DNA from: Isurus oxyrinchus
Lineage: Eukaryota
DNA length: 64,000 nucleotides
Assembly: GCA_026770705.1 (NCBI GenBank)
Contig: JANJGN010000075.1
Location: 1,612,001 to 1,676,000 of the forward strand
Reading direction: 5' to 3'
The translations under genes were made by a program, and so were the position numbers. The notes beneath the pieces are model-generated. The model had not been told where the DNA came from. It was given only the letters and a program-made list of their open reading frames with translations, and searched no databases. Of this stretch, positions 40,868-52,773 are shown piece by piece. Within the stretch, counting starts at the first letter, position 1; every line of letters begins with the position of its first letter.

Positions 40868-41084
40868 TGCTGCAGGATTTAAAAGGACATTATATATAAA
40901 TTAAACGCGCAGAGCACGCCAACAAAGCCACGGGAATGAAGATCAGAGTGCAGGTGTGAAGTGGAGACCTCGTGTTTAAATGAAAAATACACAATGCTTT
41001 CCTAGAATAGAAATTGCCTAAATAATGGCTTCTGATCATAATGTTGGTCACATGTCATTGAAATGCAACACCTTATGGTCTCAC

Positions 41085-41112
41085 CTGGATTCCATAATGC
41101 TTCTCTTCTTCC
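41085..41112 (-). CDS. Juxtamembrane cytoplasmic micro-exon
   Basis: CTTCTCAG|GG AAG AAG AGA AGC ATT ATG GAA TCC AG|GTGAGA. Encodes (G)KKRSIMES, in frame with the TM exon; basic stop-transfer residues. Confidence 0.6.
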
Positions 41113-42304
41113 CTGAGAAGGAAACATAAGGATTAGAAGTCCGGAACAGAATAGAAGTTTGAGTGCTCATGGGTGGAGTTGTCCAGCCAGGTAAGGATTG
41201 GTAACAAGCCACTCTAACGTTCAGATCAGATTAGTCTGGTACATTGGTTGAAGGAAAGCTTGTTTGCGAGTCTTTCAACATCAAGGTTAGGGAGCATTTC
41301 TTAAGGGAAAATGCCCATTGAGCAATTTGTGTGTCTCAGAAAGGGGGGATGCCGAGGAGCGGGGGCAGGGGGGGTGGGGGGATGTGGGGGTGGCAGGGGG
41401 CGATATCAAAGCAAATGTACCATTAGTTTGCAGAGGGTTACCCAAGGGTAGAATGGCAGTGGGCTAGGAAGTACAGTGCAGAATGGAGAAATGGATTGTC
41501 ACTGACATTCAAAAGTCAGAATCGTCCAGATAAGGAAGGCCGCTGAACGCAGCCTCACTCATCCCCCCATCCCCCCCACCCCTCCCCTCCCCATGACTGT
41601 GCCCCAATCCCATTGCAAATTCCATACGTTTTGTCAATAATTCCAAGACGTTCCTCTCCAGGACATAACCTGTTGTAATTCCTTTTAGCCCCATTAGTGA
41701 TTGAAAAACTTCCTTATATCTGACCCAGTTTACATTACAGCAGCTGGAGTCTGCTTACATTTGTCTAATCCTGATTTCCTGCCATGTTCCAGATTCCATT
41801 CCATCGTTTCTCTGAACAACCTCTATAAAATCACGACACTGAGCTCTCCCTCCATTCTTCTCAACCTAAGAGTTTTGCTGTAGATATTTGAATTTGTTGG
41901 ATTTTTGAATGCGATACTGCTTATTCCATCCCCAGCCTAGGAACAATTCTAACCAGGTGATATGTCCTGGACAGCTGCGCAAACGCAGCAGTGCGGCTGA
42001 GGACCGCATCATGAACCAGCCATCTGTTCAGCTCTTGTGAAATCAATGACGCCGGTATTGGATGGAGCTTCTGACAGGTGGTTGATGTGATATTCCCGGT
42101 CTTGCTATTCCACCCAAGGGTAATTTCCACCCATGAGTTTGCAATTGACTATTTCACCCTTCATACAGGGATCACCCTACATTTAATGTTGAAGTTTAGG
42201 CCGTTGGTGTTTTAGGGATTTAGTTCATACTGACCACACATTGTCTACACTTATCTTCATCGGTTCATTTGTAATCACTGGTTGTTACACGTGGTCTGAC
42301 CTAC

Positions 42305-42397
42305 CTTTTATCCAGAGGCAGACACCCAAGAGAGCAAGGAGAAGAATCAGACCCAAAGCAGAACGAACACCAGCAGCCAGAGCAACAGGATTATTTT
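42305..42397 (-). CDS. Transmembrane exon of the Ig receptor
   Basis: TTCAG|AA AAT AAT...ATA AAA G|GTAGGT. 93 nt, phase 1-1, encodes (E)NNPVALAAGVRSALGLILLLALLGVCLWIK. Confidence 0.82.
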
Positions 42398-42751
42398 CTG
42401 AATGACGTAAAGGGGGAAGAGTAGTACAGTGTTAATTAACATCTTCTACAACCAAGGCAATAATCTGCAGCTTAATCAGCACAACAGTTGGGGCACGAGT
42501 GCCATAGAAAACAGAGGGTCAGAGACAGAGAGAGATACAAACACAGAGTAAGAAAATTATCCAGCAGAGAAGACCATTCGGCCCATCGCGCATGCGCCGA
42601 ACCCTTGAAAGACATGGTCAATTAATCCACGGTCTTATCCCATTCGTTCTTTCCTCTTAGCCCTGCAAATTTTATTTTAACATGTATTCTCAGTTCAGGT
42701 TTTAAAACTGTTGAATTGCACTCTGTCGTGTTTCAGATCACAAAAAAAAAA

Positions 42752-43844
42752 TTACTTAAAGTATAACCTCCACGCAGGTTGTTTTGCCAATTCACTTTAA
42801 TATGAGCTCCCTGGTTCGAATCACTCACCGGCAGTGCACGGAGATCCGGCCTGTTTAGCTAAACAAATTACATCAGCATTTCGAACCGTTCTCTTAAATT
42901 ACCAGTTAACATTCTTTCCGGGTCAGAAGATGCAGCACTTTCCTCACTTCCGATCCGTTTTGTGAAGTGTTTTTCTTTAGGCTTTACATTACTTGGATAG
43001 CTTGACCTAAATATCCAAGTGGTTATGGTACTGGGTTTGTAACCCCCAAGATCAAGAGTTCAAATCTCACAATGGCAAAACTATGAAACAATATAACTTC
43101 ATCTGAAACAGATGGAAACGGGTTTGTACTCGAAAGAGTTACATTACATGGATAACTGTTGCAGCCTTTGGTATTCACAGCCTGAATTCAATCCCATGTA
43201 TCGATGGCGCACATGAAAACACTGCTTTAAACAAAAAAAGCCAAACAGCGATGAAATTGGCAAGGCTCTGGCAGGCGGGTGGTGTGTTAATACCCCTGCT
43301 GGAATGACCCAGTAGAATGCTCAAATGCAATTGGTCGGCTTCTAACTTGCGCTATTGTATCCTCAAATGTTTCCTTGGATACTAGCCGATTATCTACTGC
43401 CAGGCAATTATTGTATTAATCCAGGCTAATGGGAAGAAGTGTGATTTCACTGGGTCAATACTGCACACGGGAGAAGAGAACGGGCTGCTCTCATTTGGAA
43501 GCCAGTTTGAACTGTTAAGTGCGCTCCTTCGTCTAATCAGGTAAAGGGCACAGGTTGAAATTGAAACTCTAACATCTTTTACTACTGTCGGATGGATATG
43601 TAAACTACGAATCTGCCTAAAGAAAAACACTTCGCAAAATAGATCGGAAGCGTGGAAAGTGTTGCATTTACTGACCTGGTATGAATGTTAATTGGTAGTT
43701 TAATTGAACATTTCGAATTGCTGATGTAACTTCATTAGCTAAACAGGCCGAAGCTCCATACACGGGAGGGACAGATTCAAGCCAGGCATCACAGGTTAAA
43801 GATAATTGGCAAGATTACCAGAGGGGAGGTTATTCTTTAAGTAA
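42752..43844. repeat. Inverted repeat, ~230-bp arms (42752-42982 / 43615-43844)
   Basis: ggcctgtttagctaa / ttagctaaacaggcc and gaagtgtttttctttaggc / gcctaaagaaaaacacttc. Confidence 0.85.
43000..43138 (+). mobile_element. Short tRNA-derived SINE with 16-bp TSD
   Basis: A-box-like tatccaagtggtt, B box gagttcaaatc; TSD ttacattac(t/a)tggata at 42984-42999 and 43139-43154. Confidence 0.82.
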
Positions 43845-43854
43845 ACAGCACACA

Positions 43855-44214
43855 GTATTACAGTGATGTGCATAGGGTCACTCAGAGCCGAGGATAGATT
43901 TCCTCCGTTAATCAGTGCATCAAACCGACAGTTATAAATTCCTATCTCAGAGTGATCGACATTCTTGATAATCTTTTAAATGAAAACCAAATCAACAAAA
44001 TTGGGATAAATCAGGCACAGTCGACATTCTTGATGGTGAAGGTGACAGAATTGATCCCTGAAGCAGGAGACTTGAACCCATCGTGATTCGCATCACCTTA
44101 TCTGTGCAGGTAAAACGTGATGGTAGGATTGCCCCGGGATTTGTACAGTGAAATGTAACATTCCTGCCCTGAACAACTGCACTAGATCCACGGATATGTA
44201 TGTTTCAGGAAGAC
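43855..44214 (-). pseudogene. Disabled membrane-proximal Ig exon (type E), not in ORF track
   Basis: CCAG|GLPETYISVD/SAVVQGRNVTFHCTNPG/NPTITFYLHR*GDAN...SVTFTIKNVD[insert]HSEIGIYNCRFDALINGGNLSSALSDPMHITVI. Two frameshifts, a TAA stop, a 65-bp insertion and no GT donor. Confidence 0.78.
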
Positions 44215-44339
44215 CTGGTATTAGAATCGAATATGTAGGAACGATTGATTCAAAATTCAATTCTGACTTTTGCCAAAAATGAATATTACCAAAAAATAAC
44301 TAATGCTAAAATTTCATGAAACGCTGCTTAGTCCTTATA

Positions 44340-45105
44340 TCAAAACAGAACATGGAGCAAAGACTCAAGAGTTCAGGCAGGATGTGTGGCCGGAAAACAG
44401 GCCTCACGTTTCCAGTCCAGAGGACTCTTCTTCAGACCTAAAGGTAATTAGAAATGTGATGGATTAAATAGTGAAAGAGGGTGGAGCAGGTGGAACAAAA
44501 TTGATGGTCATGTGGAGTTGGGAGCTCAGTTGAAATTTGAGAAGGATGTCATCGACACAAGACAAATGGAATGGTACTGAAAGTGTGAAAGACGAAAGAA
44601 GATGCTAATAATTGCATAAAGATATGGTAAGAATGTGTTAATTGAGCACTTTTAAGCCTTTTGGACTTAACGTCGATTTCAACAACCTCAGTCATGAACT
44701 GTCTCCTGCATCTTCATATGTTTCCGGTACCTTCTCCCTGACAGGCCCATCTGTAACCTGTTTTGCTGTCAGTGATAACCTTAGTCCTGACATTGACACA
44801 TTCTGCGACCTTAACTTTCAGCCGCTATTACCATCTTCTTTGGCCTTCAACGCTACCACTAACACTCAATTGTCTTTTCTTCCTGCCACACTTGTCAATC
44901 TTCCTTGAGTGTCCACTTATCCCTGTCCTGCTGCTCTACTCCAGCTTCTCCACACCCCTCCCCAACTCTGAAGAAAAGTCATAGAGAATCGAAACGTTAA
45001 CTCTTGATTCTAACTCAGTAGACGCTGCCAGATCTGCTGAGCCCTCCAGCATTTTCTGTTTTTATTTCAGATTTTCAATATCCGCTGAATTTTGCTGTTA
45101 TTTTA
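44340..45105. mobile_element. Penelope-like remnant with inverted hammerhead-bearing ends
   Basis: ctgaagaa...tcgaaacgttaac...gctgccagatctgctgag...ccagcattttctgtttttatttcagatt, with an inverted copy at 44340-44440. Confidence 0.7.
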
Positions 45106-46024
45106 CTGGATAGCCCTCACGTCGAATGCTGTGCCCAATTAGGGGCGTCACAATTTGGGAGGGATAGCGAAGCCCTGTCAAGCAGGCAGGGGCAATTTTC
45201 TGGAAAGCTTTGAGAGAGGGGGGAGTTCGGCGTGGAGAGAGACTGCGAAGCTGGGAAATTTCTCGCAGTTCAGCGATTGTTAAGCGCGATTTTCATCGAG
45301 CTTTGCAAAGTTACTAAAGACTTCTGGATTATGGAGCTCAAGTCCGAGACTATAAGCATCTACCCACGACAGTGCAGCACTCCCACAGTAAAGGCAGCGG
45401 GTGGAGTGTCCGGCTGCATTTGAGGAACTCATGAACTGGTGAAATTTGACTCCAGTGCCTTATAATTCAGGCGATAGTGCTGCAAAAATAGTTTTTTTTC
45501 TAATGTTGAGACAGACCAATACATCTAACATTAGAATATATGGAAATAAAGCCAATTCGTGAGAATGAACCAGCACCGACGTGTAACTCTGCGTTGGTGC
45601 TGTGGCCTTGAACACCGAAGCGAATTTCTCACTGATATAACTCACAAAAAAGCCACTGTTTATTTTAACGGAACACAAAATTTCCGACTGGGCCTAATTC
45701 AATGCCAATTAAGACGGTGACATTTCCAACCACTGGACACTGGCGTCCCCCAGTGACAGAACATTTCAGCTGCCGACTGTCTCCTCACATCACACACCTG
45801 CCTTCCTTTCATACCCACACCAGCCCCTGAAATCACAGCACATGTGCAGCGGGTGAATTCAGCCCCCAACGGAAAAAAAATGTGGAATGAGATCGCTGAT
45901 CATTTGGACTCCATCTCCGCTTTCTTGAAACGATTCATATTGTTCCAGTGAATGAAGCGTTGTTTACTTGAGAATACCAACACCATAAATAGGAATGTTT
46001 AAATATCTGTACTCTGTCACTCAC

Positions 46025-46318
46025 CTTCTATGGTCACCGTGACAGCCTGGCTCTGTTTAGAATCGAACTGCCTGCTCTGGACGGTAACACTATATTGACA
46101 TCGGTATTGTCCGCTGTGGCTTAGACCGCTATTCGGGAATGTGAACGTTTTGGAAGTTCTGCTGGTTGTATTAAAGGGCAGCTGTTGATGTCCTTTATAA
46201 AAATGAAACATTTTCTCTCGATTATCTCCAGTCACGGTGCAGGTCATGTTGATCGTCTCTCCTGCTGCAGACACACCCGTGGTCTGATCAAGATATATCA
46301 CTGGGGTTTTTAGCGGAT
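46025..46318 (-). CDS. C2-type Ig domain exon D (intact)
   Basis: 294 nt, CAG/GTGAGT, phase 1-1. DPLKTPVIYLDQTTGVSAAGETINMTC...FHFYK...SGQYRCQY...SKQSQAVTVTIE. Confidence 0.87.
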
Positions 46319-47986
46319 CTGTGGTAAAGTGAATGAAAGGATCTTTGAGATATGGATCAGAGCCTTTCCATGGACAGCAGCACATTATAAGTACAATAAT
46401 TGATCTGTGTCGAAGCACCGTGTTTACAAGTGTTTGAGACTTTACAAATGTGGAGGTCAGCATGTGATGATTCAGGAAGGAGGATAAGTAAACCCATTTC
46501 CAAACGCCAATCCGGAAATCGGGCCTTCCCTAACAGCTCCGCAGCTGACAAAGTGCGACTGAAGTGCATTCAACATGGTAATTGAGGAATCGCACCAGCT
46601 GATTTGGGCACAGCAAGATGCCATTGACGGACATCAATTAATGGTGGCACACTCAGTGATTTCTCCCTCGGTGATGTTGTTTAAACGATGTTTTTTGGCC
46701 AATGGATACCGAAGAGATGTTGCCACTGATCTGATTCACGAAAATGCAGCTACTTATTTTAAAGCAACACGAAACTGCTGACTGGGCGCTCATTTGAATG
46801 CCCCATTAGAATTAGGTGAGATCAGTGAGTCCCTCAGCATTGGAACCGGGTGAGATCCAGCCTTCATTATGGATGTCAAATCGTTGAGTATATAAATCTA
46901 CCTCCGACAGTGCAGCACTCTCTCAGGACAGACACCGGGCGAGTGTCGGCATGGATTATGGAGCTCAAGTGCTAGATTGTTTACATCTACCTCCGGCAAA
47001 GCAACTTTCCCTCAGCACTGGTACCGGGGGTGTATCGGTCTGGATTATGAAGCTCAAGCCCTAGAGTGTACCGCCGACAGAGCTGCATTCCCTCAGTTCT
47101 GGCACTGTCTGGATCAGACTTCCGGGATATGGAGCTCCACATGGAGTTAGGATTGATCACGCAACCTTCTGACTTTGTGTAGCGTGCTACAGATTTGCTG
47201 AGGTCGTGAATGACGATAGTACAGCACAAGCTGAGGTAATTTCAGTAGCGGATATTTAAGAAAACTGCCACCTCTAATTTCACAACAATTTACTCAACAC
47301 ATTGACTTGGGAATATATTGGCGTTCCTTCACTGTCGCTGGGGCAAAATCCTGGAACAGCTCTGTGGGTGTATTCACACCACATGGCCTGCAGCTGTTCA
47401 AGAAAGCATCTCACCACAACTTTCTCAAGGACAAAGAGGGATGGGTAATACTTGTTGCCACAGCCAGGGAGGCCCACATCCCATGAATGAATTTAACTGT
47501 AAATGAAACCCTAACAGTGAAAGGTTTGAACGGTGCATCCAGTCCCAGGGAATGTCGGATTTGGGATGCGGTTTCCCTATTGTTTGACCACCTCAATGGT
47601 CGTGTTTGGACAGTAAGGCCCACTATGATTTCAGAAAGAGCACAAGCCAATCGCAAGGTGGAGGGTAACGTCACTCAACATGGACACTCCATCACGCTGT
47701 GGCAGGATCCTTCAGCTGCTCACTGTCCACCCACACCCCGCATGATCCTACTTCTGCTGCTCTGCCCTTCCCGTCTCAACACTTGCCGTGGTAGTTGATG
47801 CCCAGTTGGTGTATTCGGGACATATTCTTACAGGGGAAGTGGCAGGACTTGAGCAATTAAGTCAATAGTTTTTGCATACACTCCTCTCCCCAAACACTGT
47901 TTCATTTTGATGCAGGGATCTGAAATTGTGAATATGCCAACGCTGGTGAATAGACATATTAATAATCTCTGTTCTCTGTCACTCAC

Positions 47987-48280
47987 CGGTGGCAGTCACA
48001 GTCACAGCCTCACTCTTTGAGGATGTTAGTTGCCGACCTCTGATTGACATTCCGAATAGGCATTGGTATCGCCCGTTGATACTTCTACCATTAACCCGGA
48101 ATGTTCCAGTATTGTCATGTGTGTCAGTTTGCCATGAGTGCAGCTGTGCATCAAATCTGTAAAAGTAGAAGGTTTTCTCCCGAACATCCCCAGTCACAGT
48201 GCAGGTCATGGTGATCATCTCCCCTACAACATACACCCCTGTCGACTGATCAAGTGTTAACTTTGGTTTTCTTAGCGGCT
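47987..48280 (-). CDS. C2-type Ig domain exon B (intact)
   Basis: 294 nt, CAG/GTGAGT, phase 1-1. EPLRKPKLTLDQSTGVYVVGEMITMTC...FYFYR...GRYQCLF...SSKSEAVTVTAT. Confidence 0.85.
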
Positions 48281-49840
48281 CTGTGATATAAAAAAAAATA
48301 AAAAGTCAATTATAAAAGAATCGCACGAATGTAATGTACAGTAACTAGTTGTCCCACAAATTCAATTGACCCACGCCGAGGGAGACTGTGTTCATCAGTG
48401 AATGCGTTTGAGAAAGGGTGAGTTGCGGAATTGATTAAATTTAACAAATAAATAATAAATTTCAAAGCGCATTTCAGATTTTTTTTCTCTTTCAATGTTG
48501 CAACAGACTTTCAGGCGCTCTTTGATATATCTAAATCTGACTGTTGATGTGTGTGTGCGTGTCTGTGCTTGGGTGGGTTTGAGACTATTTGTTTGAGATT
48601 CTTTGAGGAAGTGTGTGCGTGTGTGCACATGTTTGTGTCCCTTTCTGTGTGTAGTGTATGTGTGCATGCTTGTGTGCGCTTGTGCGTGCGTGTTCATGTG
48701 CTCGTGCATTTCATGTGCGCGTGTGCCTCCGTGTACCATATGGGCTTCAAATGGTCAGCAGTAAAGGCAAGTGGGACCGCGTAAGGACACCTGAGAGGCG
48801 GGACTCTAGACTTTTTATCATTGGCTCATCTGAAATCCTTTACGTCAATTATTACAACTCTCCCACTTTACTCAATCTATCAGGAAGCTTGGACACTGGT
48901 CTTAACGTCCGATAGGGCATCCATCAAGTTCCTACTGTTCAGCACTCACTCAGCAGTGGGTCTGGATTATGGAGTTTAAGTCCTGGAGTATATACACCTA
49001 CCACCGACTGTGCAGTGCTCCGTCTGCACCGGCACCGGGGACATGGTCAGCCCTGATTATGGGAGCACAAGTGCAAGGGTATAAACATCTACCTATGACA
49101 GTGGAACAAGCCTTCAGTACTGGCACCGGGTGTGGTGTGGGTCTCTATTATAGAGCTCAAGTCGAAGGTAATACGCACCTATATCCAACAATGCTGCACC
49201 TCCTCAGTACTGGCACCAGGGGGAGCGTGGTCCTGGATGATTGATTGCCAGTCTGAAGTGGAGTTTGATCACACAGGCTTCTAACTTTGGCTAGCGTGCT
49301 ATATTCTTGGTGAGGAAGGAATGAAGATTGTCCATGACAAAACAGGTAACGTCGGCATCAGTACGGAGAATTAAAGGCAAACGGTGAAAGTATTGGAAGG
49401 TACATCATGACACACCGCATATGGTTTTGTGATGTGGTTTTTCTATTGCTTGGAAGCCTCAATAGCCGTGTTTGGACCATTGAGCCTGGTATAATATCAG
49501 GAAGGGCATCAACCAACACTGAGGTAGGCCGTGACGTCACACAGCAATAGACGCTCCCTCCCCCATTGGCAGAATCCTTCAGCTGCTGACTATGCCCTCA
49601 CATCCTCCTCCTGCTTTCTTCCCACCTCAACACTTACAGTGTTAGTTGATGCCCAGCGGGTGAATTCAGGACCCGTTCTTTCAGGGAACTAATCAGGACT
49701 TGAGCAATGAAGTCAATGGTTTTCGCATGTGGTCTTCTCCCTGGAAAGTGTACATTTTATTTTGATGCAGAGTTCTGAATTTGTGAATATGCTAATTCTA
49801 CTGAATAGAGATGTTAACAGTCTCTATTCCTGTCACTCAC

Positions 49841-50134
49841 CTGTGATAGTCATGGCCACAGCCTCGCTCTTTGGAGATGTTAGATGCCGATCTCTGACGG
49901 AAACTCTGTATTGACATTGGAATAGCCCTTCGCTAATTCTACCTCTAACCGGGAATGTTCCAGTATTGTCATTTGTGTCAATTTGCCAGGAATACTGTCG
50001 TTCATCATCTTTCTAAAAAGATAAGATTTTCTCCTGATCATCCCCAGTCGCAGTGCAGGTCATGGTCACCGTCTCCCCTATTACATACACCCCTGTCCAT
50101 TGATCAAGTGTTATAACTGGTTTTCTTAACGGCT
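49841..50134 (-). pseudogene. Ig exon type B with a single in-frame stop
   Basis: 294 nt with intact splice sites. EPLRKPVITLDQWTGVYVIGETVTMTC...LSF*KDDE...FQCQY...SPKSEAVAMTIT; TAG at 50013-50015 where paralogues have Tyr. Confidence 0.85.
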
Positions 50135-50995
50135 CTGTGATTTTAAAAATAATGGACAAGTCAATTGTAACTGAGTCGCCCGAATGTAATGTTCTGTAAT
50201 TGTTGGTACCGCAAAGATAATTGAGCCGTACCGAAGGAGTCTGTTAACTTCAACGAATGAGATTCGATGAAGGGTGAGTCGGGGTGTTGATTGAACTTAA
50301 AACATAAATAATATATTTAAAAACGCATTTGAAAAACTCTTTTTCAAAATTGCAACAGTGTATCAGGCGATTTGTGAGAGAGTTAATTCTATGCGTGTTG
50401 CAGTGTTTGTCTGTCATTGTGCGTTCCTGTGTTTGCGTGCGTGTGCGTGCATGTTTGTGGGCGCGTGGGCTTGCGTTTCGTGCGCGTGTGTGCCTCCATG
50501 AAACAGGTTGACTGCAGCCGGACAAAAAAAGCGGCTCATCAGGACCTTCCAAAGGGAAGTCATGGATGGGAATTTTTTGACGTGGTAGCAGATTAAACAG
50601 CAACTTGCAAACAAATCTGTATAAACATTGCTAAGGGATAATTTAGCTGATGATTTTGGATAAATGCTTGGGAGTGAATATAACTTGCCTTCTAATGCAC
50701 AACAAAGAAGCGGCAAATAATTTCTTGCCATTTATTGCCACAACTCGTAAATAAATGAAATGTTAATAGCTCCTTCAAAGAACTTGCATTGGCAAGTTGT
50801 CTCCGTCTGTGCTTTTGCATTTTCTGATTCTGTGAGTAATGGTGGCACTGACAACAGCAGATCAGAGTTTTGATCAGTATTAGACATGAGATGAACACAA
50901 AGCCCCCTTGATTGTTCGGCAATGTGCAGCTAGGATTATTCCTATAATGAGCAGGTGTGTTTGAATGGGCACATCTGCTGTTTCCCCTCAATCAC

Positions 50996-51185
50996 CTGCT
51001 ATCGTGACATTCACAGATTCACTAAGCTGGGATTCTAACTCCCTTCCCTTGACGGAGGGTCTATTTTTACAATGTTACCCCCGCCCCCTCCCACTCATTG
51101 GTTTGTATGTTTGAATGTTCCACAATTGTCCTTTGTGACGATTTGATAAGAGAAGAAATGTTGATTATCTTTGCACAAGAACGGT
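50996..51185 (-). pseudogene. Degenerate Ig exon (type C)
   Basis: FLCKDNQHFFSYQIVTKDNCGTF..* ... PSVKGRELESQLSESVNVTIA G|GTGATT. Contains a stop and frameshifts; 5' part missing. Confidence 0.62.
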
Positions 51186-52485
51186 AATGAGACAATGGTC
51201 GGATAATGTGCAGATTGTGAGTGATGTGTTCTGATGGATTCATATTTGGACACAGGAGAAAGGGCAGGACTTACGATTAATGTTCTGTGAGGTAAAGGCA
51301 AGTGGGACCACGTACAGACAACTGAGAGCCGAGCCTCCAGACGTTCATTACTTGCTCATCTATAACACAGTATTTTTGAAATTACAACTCTCGCACATTA
51401 CCCTCACTCTGTCAGGGAACTTGGATCCTGGCGTTAACGTCCAATAGGGCATTCATATAGCACCTACAGTTCAGCACTCACTCAGTCTTGGCACTGGGGA
51501 ATGTCGGCCTGGATTAGGGACCTTCATTCATGGAGTAAATGCATCCATCTCCGACAGTGGGACGCACCCTCTGTTCCAGCACCGAGGGCATGGTCAGCCT
51601 GGATTGTGGGAGCTCAAGCCCTAGAGTATGTACATCTATCTATAAGAGAGGAGCAAGCCTTCAGTACTGGCACCAGAGGAGTGCCAGCGTGGATTATGGA
51701 GCTGAAGTCCAGGAATGAATACATTTACCTCCGACAGTGGAACACTCCCTCAATATTGGGAGTGGGGTATTATAGTGTAGGATTACGGAGCTCAGGTCCA
51801 AGGTATTGCACATCTACCTCCGACAGTGCAGCCCATGTTTTGTACTAGCACCTGGGAGAATGTCGACCTGGGTGATAGATCTCCAGTCTGAAATGGCGCT
51901 TGATCAGATAACTTTATGACTTTAGAGTAGCGTGCTATATTCTTGATGAGTACAGGAATGACGGTAGTCCAAGACAAATGCAAGTATTGCCAGCATAAAA
52001 GTAGACAATAAAAGTGAAAGTTGAAAGGATCGGACGCTACATCATGCCTTACCACGTGCTGGTTTTGGGATGTGTTTTATGTATTTTGTGACCGCCTCAA
52101 TGGCCGGGGCTGGAAACTCGATCCCAGTATGATGTCAGAAAGAGCATCGCCCAATCCAGAGCTTGACAGTGACGTCACCCAACAATAGATACACCCACCC
52201 CCAGTGGCTGAATCCTTCAGCTGCTGACTGTCCCCTTACAACTTACTCTCGCTTTCCTACCATTCCCATCTCAACACTAGCACTGGTCGTTGATGCCCAA
52301 TGGGTGAATTCAGGATCTATTCTTTCAGGGAACGCGTCAGGACTTGAGCAATGAAGTCAAAGATTTTCCCATAATCTCCTCTCCCCGATCACTGAGCGTT
52401 TCATTTTGATGCAGGGACCTGAATTTGTGAATATACCAAACCTTGTGAGTACAGGTATTAACAATCTCTGTTCCCTGTCACTCAC

Positions 52486-52773
52486 CTGTCGTAGTCAGAG
52501 CCACTGCCTCGCTCTTTCGGGATGTTAAATGCCGACCTCTGATGGAAATTACGTATTCACATTGGTATCGCCCTTCGCTACTTCTACCAGTAACCCGGAA
52601 TGTTCCAGCATTGGTGGTAATTCGCCTAGAGTACTTCCGTGCATCATCTTTGTAAAAATTGAAGGTTTTATCCCGATCATCTCCTGTCACAGTGCAGGTC
52701 ATGGTGACCGTCTCTCCAATTACATACAAACATGTCGATTCATCAAGCGATATCAGTGGTTTTCTTAGCGGCT
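52486..52773 (-). CDS. C2-type Ig domain exon B (intact)
   Basis: 288 nt, CAG/GTGAGT, phase 1-1. EPLRKPLISLDESTCLYVIGETVTMTC...FNFYK...GRYQCEY...SRKSEAVALTTT. Confidence 0.85.

Noticed and set aside
50689-50731. Leader-like MARNYLPLLCCALE G|GCAAGT before a type-B exon
   Set aside because: Needs a GC donor, the paralogue at ~53810-53856 has a stop, and the start resembles a SINE/LINE tail (ataaatg.caag).
52360-52418. Possible short secretory exon 67 nt after type-B exons (AATTCAG|xPCIKMKRSV...)
   Set aside because: Weak pyrimidine tract; frame and stop positions differ among the four copies.
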